Source of the DNA: Escherichia phage T4
Direction: 5' to 3' (one strand)
Sequence record: OL964735.1
DNA: 64,000 nucleotides
In this document: positions 8,826 through 18,340 of the stretch, in pieces
Numbering within the stretch: the stretch's first letter is position 1
How the letters are laid out: the number at the start of each line of letters is the position of its first letter
Notes under the pieces: model-generated
Told to the model about the DNA's origin: nothing
Database searches by the model: none
What the model saw: the letters and a program-made list of their open reading frames with translations, nothing else
Program-made: the position numbers and the translations under genes

Positions 8826-9572
8826 TTATCCTCGGATAAGTTTAAAAATTGAACAATTTAGCGGATATCCTCTTTTCAGTTTAAGTTTATCAATAAAAGA
8901 CAAATTTTGATACCGCTCTACACCTTGAATAATTTTATCACACATATCATATTGCATTTCTGCTTCTGACAACTTTTTCACAATTTTCCAATCCGAGCCT
9001 TTAAGAAGAACGTTCAATTTAACAACTTCAGCGCCTTCTGCTATGCGAGAACCATCAATACGTGCTTTAAGTGCTATAATTCTCAGCTTAATGTCAGAGG
9101 TCTGTTTTGATTTAGAAAGCTGAGAAATGTGTTCAATTCGATTTTCACGTTTTTTCTGTATAGCTTTAATTTGATTATAAGTCTTTTTGATTTTAGCCCA
9201 TTTCTTTTCATCTAAATTTAGTTTATGAACTTTTTTCGCAGATGAACGACCAATTCGCAAAGCAAATAAATCACGCTTTTCAATCAACTCTTCTAAAGTA
9301 TAATCAGAACGAAATGTATTATACTTTTTCTTTACTGCAATAACATTCCCTTTAATGTATCCAACGTTATTATCAAAACGTTCTAATGATAATTTCTCTC
9401 CTTCAATACGATTATCAAAAGGTTCTCCCGAGTAAGCACAAACTTTTTGATCTAAAATGTTCTTAATGTAATTGAAGTCTAAGTTAAAATCTTTAGAACG
9501 TCTTTTTGCAGATGCCTGAGTATGCTCTAAACGACGTTTAATTTTACGAATTTGGTTATTAGACAGCTTCAT
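8826..9572 (-). CDS. srd: Srd-like protein, 248 aa
   Basis: Length and position match T4 srd; basic, helical. Confidence 0.65.
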   Translation of the reverse strand: MKLSNNQIRKIKRRLEHTQASAKRRSKDFNLDFNYIKNILDQKVCAYSGEPFDNRIEGEKLSLERFDNNVGYIKGNVIAVKKKYNTFRSDYTLEELIEKRDLFALRIGRSSAKKVHKLNLDEKKWAKIKKTYNQIKAIQKKRENRIEHISQLSKSKQTSDIKLRIIALKARIDGSRIAEGAEVVKLNVLLKGSDWKIVKKLSEAEMQYDMCDKIIQGVERYQNLSFIDKLKLKRGYPLNCSIFKLIRG

Positions 9573-9608
9573 ATTTTTCTCACATCTTACGGACGGTTAA
9601 CTACTTAT

Positions 9609-9638
9609 ACTATAACATTTTTACTTTAACTTGTAAAC
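9609..9638 (-). promoter_or_regulatory. T4-type early promoter (-35 GTTTAC 9633-9638, -10 TATAGT 9609-9614)
   Basis: GTTTAC-18-TATAGT on minus strand, anchored to srd start and modA stop. Confidence 0.7.
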
Positions 9639-9694
9639 AACTTTATGAAAAATGCTTTAAAACTTTCATGGTATAATGAATCTAAGTCCTTCCA

Positions 9695-10297
9695 TTATAG
9701 ATTAAATCCTTCAAAATCAAGAGTATAGATAGTGTATGTTGAACACTTTTTATACTCATATCTATCTGCAATTCTAAATACACTTCCAGCTGGTATCATT
9801 ACTTCTTGTTCATCTGAAACTAATTCCATATTACGATAACGATGACTATCCGGAAACTTAAAGTTTGGATTGTATTCTTTACAGCGTAGAGCTTTTATAG
9901 CATACTCCTGGAAATTGAATACCATAGGAGCTTTGAATTCAAAAATAACTTGTGTGTTATACTCTAAACCAGAAGCAAAATGTAGAGCTATATTTTTATC
10001 ATATGAAGCTGATACGACTTTATCAAATGTAATAATATCAATTCCTTGATTTAATACTTGTTTAGTCTCAGCTGGAACACCTCTCCAAAGAGGTTTATCG
10101 TTTGGAACCAAACGAGATTTGATTATTTCATTTAACCAAGAATGGTCATCTGGTTTATTAGTAATACAATGAATTAAAAGTTCAATTTCAGATAAATTAA
10201 ACCCTTCAGAAAGTAATTCTTCACGAATAGAAGCACGCACCGATGCATCCATTGATTTTATTTTAAAATCTTTTAGTTGCATTACTGAGTATTTCAT
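9695..10297 (-). CDS. modA: ModA ADP-ribosyltransferase, 200 aa
   Basis: Length and position match T4 ModA; paralog of adjacent ModB. Confidence 0.8.
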   Translation of the reverse strand: MKYSVMQLKDFKIKSMDASVRASIREELLSEGFNLSEIELLIHCITNKPDDHSWLNEIIKSRLVPNDKPLWRGVPAETKQVLNQGIDIITFDKVVSASYDKNIALHFASGLEYNTQVIFEFKAPMVFNFQEYAIKALRCKEYNPNFKFPDSHRYRNMELVSDEQEVMIPAGSVFRIADRYEYKKCSTYTIYTLDFEGFNL

Positions 10298-10917
10298 TCA
10301 ACTACCTCAATATCATAAACTTTAAATGTTCCAAATGAATCGTGTAATTTTTCTTTTGAAATAGAAGTTATTTTATACTTTCCAATTGGAATCATCCATT
10401 CTTGTTCACGCACAATCATCATTAAGTTATCAGTACGCTCTGAATCTAATCCATCAGTATCTTCATACGTGTACTTAAACTCAGTATTAGGAGAAGAAAG
10501 TATAATATCGCTGATATGGTCAGAATAATTAAAAGCTTTATCAGTTTTTAAACGAAGTATTGTTTCAGTGAAATATTCAGCATAAGAAAAAGAACACGCT
10601 GTATGCAAACTAGTAGTAAATGAATCTACCCTGTTCGTTGAAAACACTTCTCCAACTTGTAAATCTTTAATGAGTTCTTTTGTCGATTTTGATATACCAC
10701 GATATAATTGATAAGGCGATTTAGTTAAATGCTTTTTAATGATTTCATTTAAATGCTTATGAAGAGCTTCATTCTTTTTGGCTTCCATACATTGCCAAAG
10801 AACAGACTGCTCAAAGTCAGTAAATTTTTCACAGACCTTTTTATACATATCATATTGAAAATCAACGCTTTCAGCTTTTATAGATAACTGTTCAACATCT
10901 GCAAGATTAATAATCAT
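10294..10917 (-). CDS. modB: ModB ADP-ribosyltransferase, 207 aa
   Basis: Length and position match T4 ModB; ATGA overlap with modA. Confidence 0.8.
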   Translation of the reverse strand: MIINLADVEQLSIKAESVDFQYDMYKKVCEKFTDFEQSVLWQCMEAKKNEALHKHLNEIIKKHLTKSPYQLYRGISKSTKELIKDLQVGEVFSTNRVDSFTTSLHTACSFSYAEYFTETILRLKTDKAFNYSDHISDIILSSPNTEFKYTYEDTDGLDSERTDNLMMIVREQEWMIPIGKYKITSISKEKLHDSFGTFKVYDIEVVE

Positions 10918-10943
10918 GATAGCCTCCGTATACTTCAGAAGCT

Positions 10944-10973
10944 ATCATATCATCGTTAGAAAGGAAAGTAAAC
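10944..10973 (-). promoter_or_regulatory. T4-type early promoter (-35 GTTTAC 10968-10973, -10 TATGAT 10944-10949)
   Basis: Anchored between modB start and the stop of the 10985 ORF. Confidence 0.65.
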
Positions 10974-10984
10974 AACTTTTTGAA

Positions 10985-11167
10985 TTATTTTGCCCAGGGA
11001 GCCCAAGGCGGAGGGTCAAGATGGTATGAAGCTAGTTCTTCTAGAAGAGCATCTGGGGCTTCAATTCCATAATTCTGTAATACTATACGGTACTCTTTCT
11101 TATAATCACTAGAATCATTCTGGTTATTCGTAGAATGATTATCTTCTAACATCTCAAATAAATCCAT
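10985..11167 (-). CDS. hypothetical small acidic protein (60 aa)
   Basis: ORF in track. Confidence 0.5.
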   Translation of the reverse strand: MDLFEMLEDNHSTNNQNDSSDYKKEYRIVLQNYGIEAPDALLEELASYHLDPPPWAPWAK

Positions 11168-11175
11168 ATTAATTC

Positions 11176-11646
11176 CTAGCGATAAAAACCAAATTTACGA
11201 TTAGTTTCAATGATCTTTCTTTCTTCTTCGGACATTCTCCAGCGTAGTCCAACATCAAAATGAGCCCAGACCATCCTAACAAATGCATTTATATCTTTAA
11301 TATCTTCAATAATGAATGTTTTACTTTTAGAAGGTTGACTCGCTAATTTAACTTTATCGTCTTCAAACATGTCAAAAAGACCATATTCATGAGCTCTTTT
11401 ATAGCCTTTAATAGTTAAAGCTTCAGAAGAAGAAAATGGTGAATCTGTATTCTGCAAAATATCTTCAGTATGCTTTATAATTAGAATAATATTTTCTGGA
11501 TATTTTCTTTCTTTTATATCTTTAATTAAAAAATCCGGATTTTCTGCTAAAGGAATAATTAATGAGCAATTTTTATCAAGTGTATTTACTGATTTACCTT
11601 CTTTAGACATAAATTCTATTGAATATAATTTTGCTACTTCAATCAT
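11176..11646 (-). CDS. hypothetical early protein (156 aa; mrh region of T4)
   Basis: ORF in track; ATG at 11644-11646. Confidence 0.6.
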
Positions 11647-11803
11647 GTGATTTCCTTTTGCCTACTAATGGACCGTCAGGAATTTTATTTTCCTGGATAT
11701 ATTTCTCATTTTCTTCCATCATTTTACTGCCAATTTTAAGAAGCAAATCCATTGCTTCATTTGCTTTTGCTTTAGCTTCTTCTAACGTCATATCTTTGTT
11801 CAT
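11639..11803 (-). CDS. hypothetical small protein (54 aa)
   Basis: Hand translation [54 protein letters not shown]; ATGA overlap with upstream ORF and 8-nt overlap with downstream ORF. Confidence 0.45.
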
Positions 11804-12003
11804 GATTTATCACCATAGATGTCTCTCATCAATTTAAGCGCTGAGCGTTCTAGTTTCTTTTCTTTCTCAGCACTAATCATTGATTTCATCCATTCTTCTG
11901 ATTCATTCTGCATTTCTTTATTTGCTTGTTCAACCCAACCGTCATCAATATACATTGAGTTTGGTCTATTGAACCATTCAAGCATCTTCTTCAGAACTTT
12001 CAT
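11800..12003 (-). CDS. hypothetical small protein (67 aa)
   Basis: ORF in track. Confidence 0.5.
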
Positions 12004-12475
12004 TCGTTTTACCTAAAACAATAGTAGGAGCATCGTCAAATTTATGAATTTTTAGCAAATTTGGATTTAAATTATTCCATAAAGAGGTAATAAAATATGA
12101 TAGCGCACTTTCGTCCGTAATTATAAATTTATTTCCTTTATCTATTTTCCAATCATATATTGAATCATATGAATAGAAGGATAACGGTTTATTATTATAA
12201 TATGCTTCAGCAACATCAATATAGTTAGATTTAGTAAATGCTTGAATTGCCATAAATGGAGAATTTTGTACAGTTTCAATAATTCCGATCTTTTTAAGTT
12301 TTATTTCAACATCTTCTGGAATTGGCATTGAAATAAAATCTTCTACTAGATACATATTATTGTCATATCTTTTATCAATCATTACTGCTACAGTAATTGG
12401 AACATCCTTGACAAACGCCATACTAATACTATTGATAGACATTTCAAACAAAATTGCTTCCATAATTTTCCTCAA
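11978..12475 (-). CDS. hypothetical protein (165 aa)
   Basis: ORF in track. Confidence 0.55.
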
Positions 12476-12813
12476 TCACAAGATGTAGATGAACAACTAG
12501 AATCACAAGAACTTCCACATGAATCACCTGCCCATACATGAACAGGAACATTAGTATCATATGAATCAGAACTAGACTGTGTATTCTGTGTGTTAGATGA
12601 TGTAGTAGGTGTTGACCAGCGCCAAGGATTTTTATAATATTCTTGGGCTTCTTCATAAGTCATAGTAACTGCTTCTACTGTTCCATCTCCCATATAAACA
12701 TATTCAACTACAGTTAAAGGAAGGTAGTCATTTGAAATAGGAACTACACCTTCCCCAGGAGTTGTAGAGAAAAAATCCGTAAAGAAACTTTTAAACCAAT
12801 TAAAGATAAACAT
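12472..12813 (-). CDS. hypothetical protein (113 aa) with Ser/Cys-rich C-terminal tail
   Basis: ORF in track; C-terminus ...[18 protein letters not shown]. Confidence 0.5.
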
Positions 12814-13019
12814 TACAAAAAGCCTCTTTTGAATTCGACTTGCTTCTCACCATAATCATATCGAATCTCTGCATTAAATTCGACAGAACCATCTGCGTAC
12901 ATCATAAATGAATGCACAACAACTTCTGTAGACCATGGTTGTAGTTCATATTTCTTCATTACATGTCGTGAAATGATAATATCTAAATCTTCATTTGGTT
13001 TAATCCAACGATTTAACAT
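12813..13019 (-). CDS. hypothetical small protein (68 aa)
   Basis: ORF in track; ATG at 13017-13019. Confidence 0.55.
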   Translation of the reverse strand: MLNRWIKPNEDLDIIISRHVMKKYELQPWSTEVVVHSFMMYADGSVEFNAEIRYDYGEKQVEFKRGFL

Positions 13020-13045
13020 AGTACTCTCCTCTATAAGATAATTCT

Positions 13046-13075
13046 ATTATACCATACTCATTTTGGAAAGTAAAC
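13046..13075 (-). promoter_or_regulatory. T4-type early promoter (-35 GTTTAC 13070-13075, -10 TATAAT 13046-13051)
   Basis: Coordinates anchored to ORF start at 13019 and soc stop at 13118. Confidence 0.7.
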
Positions 13076-13091
13076 CATTTAAATGAAAAAA

Positions 13092-13109
13092 GGACTCCCG
13101 AAGGAGTCC
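13092..13109 (-). terminator. Rho-independent terminator downstream of soc
   Basis: Stem GGACTCC / GGAGTCC with CGAA loop, followed on the transcript by UUUUUU. Confidence 0.8.
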
Positions 13110-13117
13110 TTGAGTTA

Positions 13118-13360
13118 TTAACCAGTTACTTTCCACAAATCTTCATTTGCAGCAATCCATTCAGTACGTTGATTTTCTTCATATACTGTAGAATATGCTG
13201 CTTTTTCTGAAGGGAATGTCTGGTAATGAGCGCCAGAAATTTTGTGAACGTCAGAATAAAGAGGGAAAGCTACAGAAATTTCCTTTCCTTCAATTTTCTT
13301 ATTTCCATCTAATTTCTGCTCAAATGTTTTGATATTAACATAACCGCGAGTACTAGCCAT
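13118..13360 (-). CDS. soc: small outer capsid protein Soc, 80 aa
   Basis: Sequence MASTRGYVNIKTFEQKLDGNKK... matches recalled T4 Soc; late promoter upstream, terminator downstream. Confidence 0.92.
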   Translation of the reverse strand: MASTRGYVNIKTFEQKLDGNKKIEGKEISVAFPLYSDVHKISGAHYQTFPSEKAAYSTVYEENQRTEWIAANEDLWKVTG

Positions 13361-13389
13361 GTAATTCTCCTTTATTTAAATTACATGAT

Positions 13390-13397
13390 TATTTATA
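13390..13397 (-). promoter_or_regulatory. late promoter TATAAATA for soc
   Basis: Minus-strand TATAAATA 30 nt upstream of the soc ATG, overlapping the segF stop codon. Confidence 0.75.
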
Positions 13398-14067
13398 CAT
13401 CTTCTTTTCTGAATAAGTAAATTAAATTCTTAAGAGCCGAACTTGTTACATCATATTTTCCTTTAAGCGCCTTTACAACCGGGCCTGTTGCTGGTTTACC
13501 TAAAGAAACCCATAACTCGTGTATTTCGCTTTTAAGTGGTTCATGCCAATGCGGTGCTTTTCTTTGCGCCCTTGAAGTTCCTTCTGAAATCTTTTTATTT
13601 CCGCCATTCGAATAAAACTTTTTCATTACTTCAGATTGCCGAGCTTTTCTTTCTGCCCTATTTTGGGCTATACGTTGTGAATTCTTCATCCGAGTTTTTG
13701 TTTCAGGATTGTTTAATCTAAGTTTATGTTCTAATCGTTGTTGCTCAGTCCATTTTCTTCCTTCTCCACCCTGACCACCAGGAGAAATATTAATGCAAGT
13801 ATCTGGGTGTTTACGTTTTAATGCAGATATTAGCTCACGTTCAACTTCATATGATTTTTCTCTAGAACCATGGCATTTTGACCATCGTATTTTATAATTA
13901 AATCCATACTTACGATATATGTTCCATAGTATTTTACCTGAACCCGGATATTTATCATTATATGGATTTACAATAAATGATTCATGTTTCCCAGCGTACC
14001 AAAAGACGCCTTTCGGCGTCCTAACTTTTACTATATATGTTCTATAAAATTTTTGTTTAATATCCAT
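13393..14067 (-). CDS. segF: GIY-YIG homing endonuclease SegF, 224 aa from ATG at 14067
   Basis: GIY-YIG-like motifs (TYIV ... VFWYAGKH); between 56 and soc as in T4; track ORF starts at an upstream TTG. Confidence 0.8.
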   Translation of the reverse strand: MDIKQKFYRTYIVKVRTPKGVFWYAGKHESFIVNPYNDKYPGSGKILWNIYRKYGFNYKIRWSKCHGSREKSYEVERELISALKRKHPDTCINISPGGQGGEGRKWTEQQRLEHKLRLNNPETKTRMKNSQRIAQNRAERKARQSEVMKKFYSNGGNKKISEGTSRAQRKAPHWHEPLKSEIHELWVSLGKPATGPVVKALKGKYDVTSSALKNLIYLFRKEDV

Positions 14068-14572
14068 TATCTTGACGTTCAAAATTATGTTTGTTCTTCA
14101 GATAATAAAGTTTAAAGATTTCTTCCGCATTCATTCCAAGGCCAACAAACATATTTAATACGAAATGAAATATATCCACAAGCTCAAATTTAATTTCGAG
14201 CTGGTCTTCGGGGGACATTTCATCAATGCGTTTTTCTTGCGCTTCAATATAACGTGCTTTCCATTTTTTCCATACAGCAGAAGCTTCTTTTTCACCACGT
14301 GACATTTCACCAAGAGAAGTCAGAAGTTCGCGGAATTCATCATCAATACAGTCTTTTTGTTCACGCATCCAAGAAACAACATCACCGGCAGTTTCTAATT
14401 TATCTGGATGATAGCAGTATTCGCGGACATTAGCCAAACGAATCTGTAAAGACCGCTGCATATCAAGCATAACTTGCAGCGGATCTTTTTCATCACCGAG
14501 AATATCCCAGTATTCATTTTGAGCTTTATCAACACCTTCGATCAAATGAGCACATTCATTAAAGTGAGCCAT
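14057..14572 (-). CDS. 56: dCTP pyrophosphatase (dCTPase) gp56, 171 aa
   Basis: Track ORF begins at TTG; ATG at 14570-14572 gives MAHFNECAHLIEG..., 171 aa as recalled for T4 gp56. Confidence 0.85.
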   Translation of the reverse strand: MAHFNECAHLIEGVDKAQNEYWDILGDEKDPLQVMLDMQRSLQIRLANVREYCYHPDKLETAGDVVSWMREQKDCIDDEFRELLTSLGEMSRGEKEASAVWKKWKARYIEAQEKRIDEMSPEDQLEIKFELVDIFHFVLNMFVGLGMNAEEIFKLYYLKNKHNFERQDNGY

Positions 14573-14632
14573 TAGTTTTCCTTTCAATTCATTAATAAGT
14601 TAAATAATTATATCATTTGAGTATGTAAGCAA

Positions 14633-15421
<789 letters not shown>

Positions 15422-15524
15422 TCATTTATTGCAGCAAAAATGAATTATACAATTCTTCATCATATGTATTTGATAGTAATACTAACACGTTTTGCGATAA
15501 ATATTAATTTAAAGGAGGATATAT

Positions 15525-15725
15525 ATGGTACAAAAATTAATGGCACTTGTTAATGCCATAAAAGGTAATAAGAAACGTATAGCTTTTACTATTTCTGCTA
15601 TGGTAGGAATTTTACTCTGGAACTTTATTTTATCACCTGTTGCAATTGCACATGGTGTTAATATTCCAGTAGTTACTCTTGATACATTCGTAGATTTAGC
15701 ATTTGCTTTAGTTGGGTTAATTTAA
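15525..15725 (+). CDS. hypothetical small membrane protein (66 aa), the only plus-strand gene candidate in the window
   Basis: Strong SD AAAGGAGG 15511-15518, 6 nt before ATG 15525; two hydrophobic segments; sits in the 310-nt dam-61 gap; stop TAA 15723-15725 interlocks with the gene 61 stop in the palindrome TTTAAA. Confidence 0.55.
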   Translation: MVQKLMALVNAIKGNKKRIAFTISAMVGILLWNFILSPVAIAHGVNIPVVTLDTFVDLAFALVGLI

Positions 15726-16750
15726 ATCTTAGCATATTTAGATAGCCGCATTTTAGCCATTAACCCCTGGGCAATATTATTTTTCATATATTCCATAATT
15801 TGTTCAGGGGTTGCACCTTCCTTTCTAATCATATCATTAACATCTTTTGATTTCCAGGGAGATTTATCCCAAAACATAACCCTTTCTCCTGCATCAACTA
15901 ATTTAGTCATTCGTTTAATAGTGTCAGGGTGACGAGGTTCATTATCTAAGACCCACACACGTCTATCTTTAAATGGAACAACTTCTAGGTCTAATTGACC
16001 GCCCGTAATAGCTATACCATTTTCAATAAAAAGTGAATCTATAGGTCCTTCTAGAACATATACATCACCATCTTTAACTCGTTCGACTCCATAGATTTTT
16101 GTTGCCTCAGGATAAGCTTTGATGGTGATATATTTTTGAGGAGCATCTTTCTTTAATGCACGTCCTTGAAAAGACTCAGCTTTTCCATTAGCATTATAAA
16201 TTGGAATAACAAGACGAGGCTCAGAAATTTCCTTTTTGTATGTTCCCGGTGCTATGCTATTAACTAATTTAGGCCATTCGGTTGTAAACCAAAGATATTT
16301 CCATTTATCCTTTGGAATACAACGAGCTTTTACGTATTTTATAATTGGATGGTCTTCCGCCAGTTTATCTAATCTAACACATGACGGAAGAGATTTAATT
16401 ATTTTCTTCTCGGGTTGTTTAGGAAGTTCTTTAGGTTTTTCTATTGGACGACTTTTACCTTTTTCTTTTCTTATTTCAAAGATATACTCACGATATAAAT
16501 CGGGTTCAAACTCCTTTAAATATATTCCGATTGGTGCATGATAGTTACAGTTATAACAATGAATATTTCCTTCATTATTATCACCATAATACCATCCACG
16601 GGCTTTATTCTGGTCGGTTTTTGAATCTCCACAAACAGGGCATCTAAACCGTAATTTAAAAGTTGAACTATTATTTACTTGTGTGAATTTAGGTAAATGA
16701 GCTAATGCACGGTATGCAAACTCATTATCAATCCAAGGTATTGATGACAT
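15722..16750 (-). CDS. 61: DNA primase gp61, 342 aa
   Basis: Zinc-finger CPVCGDSK...C..C; length and sequence match recalled T4 gp61. Confidence 0.92.
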   Translation of the reverse strand: MSSIPWIDNEFAYRALAHLPKFTQVNNSSTFKLRFRCPVCGDSKTDQNKARGWYYGDNNEGNIHCYNCNYHAPIGIYLKEFEPDLYREYIFEIRKEKGKSRPIEKPKELPKQPEKKIIKSLPSCVRLDKLAEDHPIIKYVKARCIPKDKWKYLWFTTEWPKLVNSIAPGTYKKEISEPRLVIPIYNANGKAESFQGRALKKDAPQKYITIKAYPEATKIYGVERVKDGDVYVLEGPIDSLFIENGIAITGGQLDLEVVPFKDRRVWVLDNEPRHPDTIKRMTKLVDAGERVMFWDKSPWKSKDVNDMIRKEGATPEQIMEYMKNNIAQGLMAKMRLSKYAKI

Positions 16751-16752
16751 TT

Positions 16753-16917
16753 TTACTCTTCTTTTTCTTTAGATTCCTCTTTTTTCTTTTTAGGAATCTG
16801 TTCAGGACCTTTATTTACTACAGCGCCTGATGTTGTTCCAGTAGAGATATTTTCAGGATTACCACCTGAATCTCCAGCGACCATATCTTCTTTGATAAAT
16901 TCTTTAAATGTTTTCAT
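16753..16917 (-). CDS. hypothetical 54-aa protein (positional 61.1) with capsid-targeting-sequence-like N-terminus
   Basis: Hand translation MKTFKEFIKEDMVAGDSGGNPENISTGTTSGAVVNKGPEQIPKKKKEESKEKEE; coordinates anchored to gene 61 start and the stop of the 16919 ORF. Confidence 0.5.
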   Translation of the reverse strand: MKTFKEFIKEDMVAGDSGGNPENISTGTTSGAVVNKGPEQIPKKKKEESKEKEE

Positions 16918-16918
16918 A

Positions 16919-17545
16919 TTAACCTCTATTCATAAAAGCATTAAAAATTTGGTCATCAATAGAAACATTTACTTTAGGCTGTTTTTCAGATGGCAATTCA
17001 TATCCACATATTACAATTTTATGATCAATATCAAAATACACAGAAGCAATATGATTAATGATATTTTCAGTAAAGTCTAAATCAACATCAATATCTTTTT
17101 GACCAAAGCCCAAAGGATAAATAATGCGAGTAATTCGATTATCTTTAACAAAGATTCCACCGACATACTCTGTGCTGCGTTTAAAGTCTACACGCCGACG
17201 AAATGAAAAATATTCAGGCTCTTTATGAGCTCGGCTCATAGGACACAACGAATAACTAGAATAAGAGATGTCAAATCCTACGCCTTCAATATGAACTAAA
17301 TTGTCATGATTAAACCAATTATAATCATATGCCAAGTCCATTAGATTGTCATATGTGAAAGGCACCGGATTAACATCATTGGTCACAAGCATATAATTAG
17401 CAACTGCTATAATTTCATTATTTTTAACGAATACAAACCGTGATTGATGCGAATGGCCTGGACCTGCGTTTTCACGATTAATGATATAACACTGGGCACC
17501 TTTATATTTGTACGTGTCTTTACACTTGTGCATTTGATAAAGCAT
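16919..17545 (-). CDS. hypothetical protein (208 aa; positional 61.2)
   Basis: ORF in track; member of the 61.x small-gene cluster. Confidence 0.65.
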   Translation of the reverse strand: MLYQMHKCKDTYKYKGAQCYIINRENAGPGHSHQSRFVFVKNNEIIAVANYMLVTNDVNPVPFTYDNLMDLAYDYNWFNHDNLVHIEGVGFDISYSSYSLCPMSRAHKEPEYFSFRRRVDFKRSTEYVGGIFVKDNRITRIIYPLGFGQKDIDVDLDFTENIINHIASVYFDIDHKIVICGYELPSEKQPKVNVSIDDQIFNAFMNRG

Positions 17546-17838
17546 TATTCACCTACCACTTCAGCGATGATATTTTTGTTATTAAAGTTTTTATCGCAAT
17601 ACAGAACATAATTATACTGCATTACACCACCAGACTTAAGCTGTTTTTGCACTTCAGCTTTCATTTCAGGACGATCACGCTTAACGATATTCATAATATC
17701 TGCTTCAATTTGAGTTTCAACCTCAGTCTGATCCGCAGTCATAGACCATTCGCACAAATCTTTATCATAACCTGCCATAGCAGGCTGAGCAGCACAAGAA
17801 GCTAAAGCAAAAATTGTAGCAAAGATGAATTTTTTCAT
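17545..17838 (-). CDS. sp: Spackle periplasmic protein (97 aa)
   Basis: N-terminal signal peptide MKKFIFATIFALASCAAQPAMA; size and position match T4 sp. Confidence 0.8.
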   Translation of the reverse strand: MKKFIFATIFALASCAAQPAMAGYDKDLCEWSMTADQTEVETQIEADIMNIVKRDRPEMKAEVQKQLKSGGVMQYNYVLYCDKNFNNKNIIAEVVGE

Positions 17839-17898
17839 GATAATCTCCTCAGTAGTTTATGTTTATATAGTATCTCAATTTCCAACAAAAGTAAACAG

Positions 17899-18156
17899 TT
17901 ATTTTAAAATTTCTGCGTAATCACATGTTACAAACTGTTTCTCTAACTTGACGATTTTACGAAAGTATCTTTTGCATTGGCGAATCTGCCTCTTCGTAGG
18001 GCGAACAGCAAACTTAATAAATTCCACTCGACCAAATGGAGGGCTTTCTTCTGCTGGAATATCTAACACCAATTCCCACGTATCTGCAATAAGTGCTTTG
18101 AATTGCGTATTTTTCCTGACGTTATACGGAGTAGGTTTAAATAAAACAATATGCAT
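17899..18156 (-). CDS. hypothetical basic protein (85 aa; positional 61.4)
   Basis: Track ORF starts inside dmd; ATG at 18154-18156 (MHIVLFKP...) has SD GAGGA and sits 1 nt from the dmd stop. Confidence 0.6.
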   Translation of the reverse strand: MHIVLFKPTPYNVRKNTQFKALIADTWELVLDIPAEESPPFGRVEFIKFAVRPTKRQIRQCKRYFRKIVKLEKQFVTCDYAEILK

Positions 18157-18157
18157 A

Positions 18158-18340
18158 TTATCCTCGGCAATCCACTTCACATACTTTCTTGTCATCAATG
18201 AAAGCTTTAACTAATGCTTTATTAACTTCAGCATATTGAGTAGTAGCCCATTGAACGTCATCTTTCATCATTGTGATTTCTTTAGTAAACATGCTTTCAT
18301 TCTTAAACCACCCCATAAAAACTACCTTTACCAATTCCAT
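18158..18340 (-). CDS. dmd: Dmd (discriminator of mRNA degradation; antitoxin against host RnlA/LsoA), 60 aa
   Basis: 60-aa ORF MELVKVVFMGWFKNESMF... matching recalled T4 Dmd; directly downstream of gene 41. Confidence 0.8.
   Translation of the reverse strand: MELVKVVFMGWFKNESMFTKEITMMKDDVQWATTQYAEVNKALVKAFIDDKKVCEVDCRG

Noticed and set aside
12444-12656. 70-aa His-rich minus-strand ORF overlapping 12472-12813
   Set aside because: Alternate reading frame of the same low-complexity DNA; no independent start signal; treated as a frame shadow.
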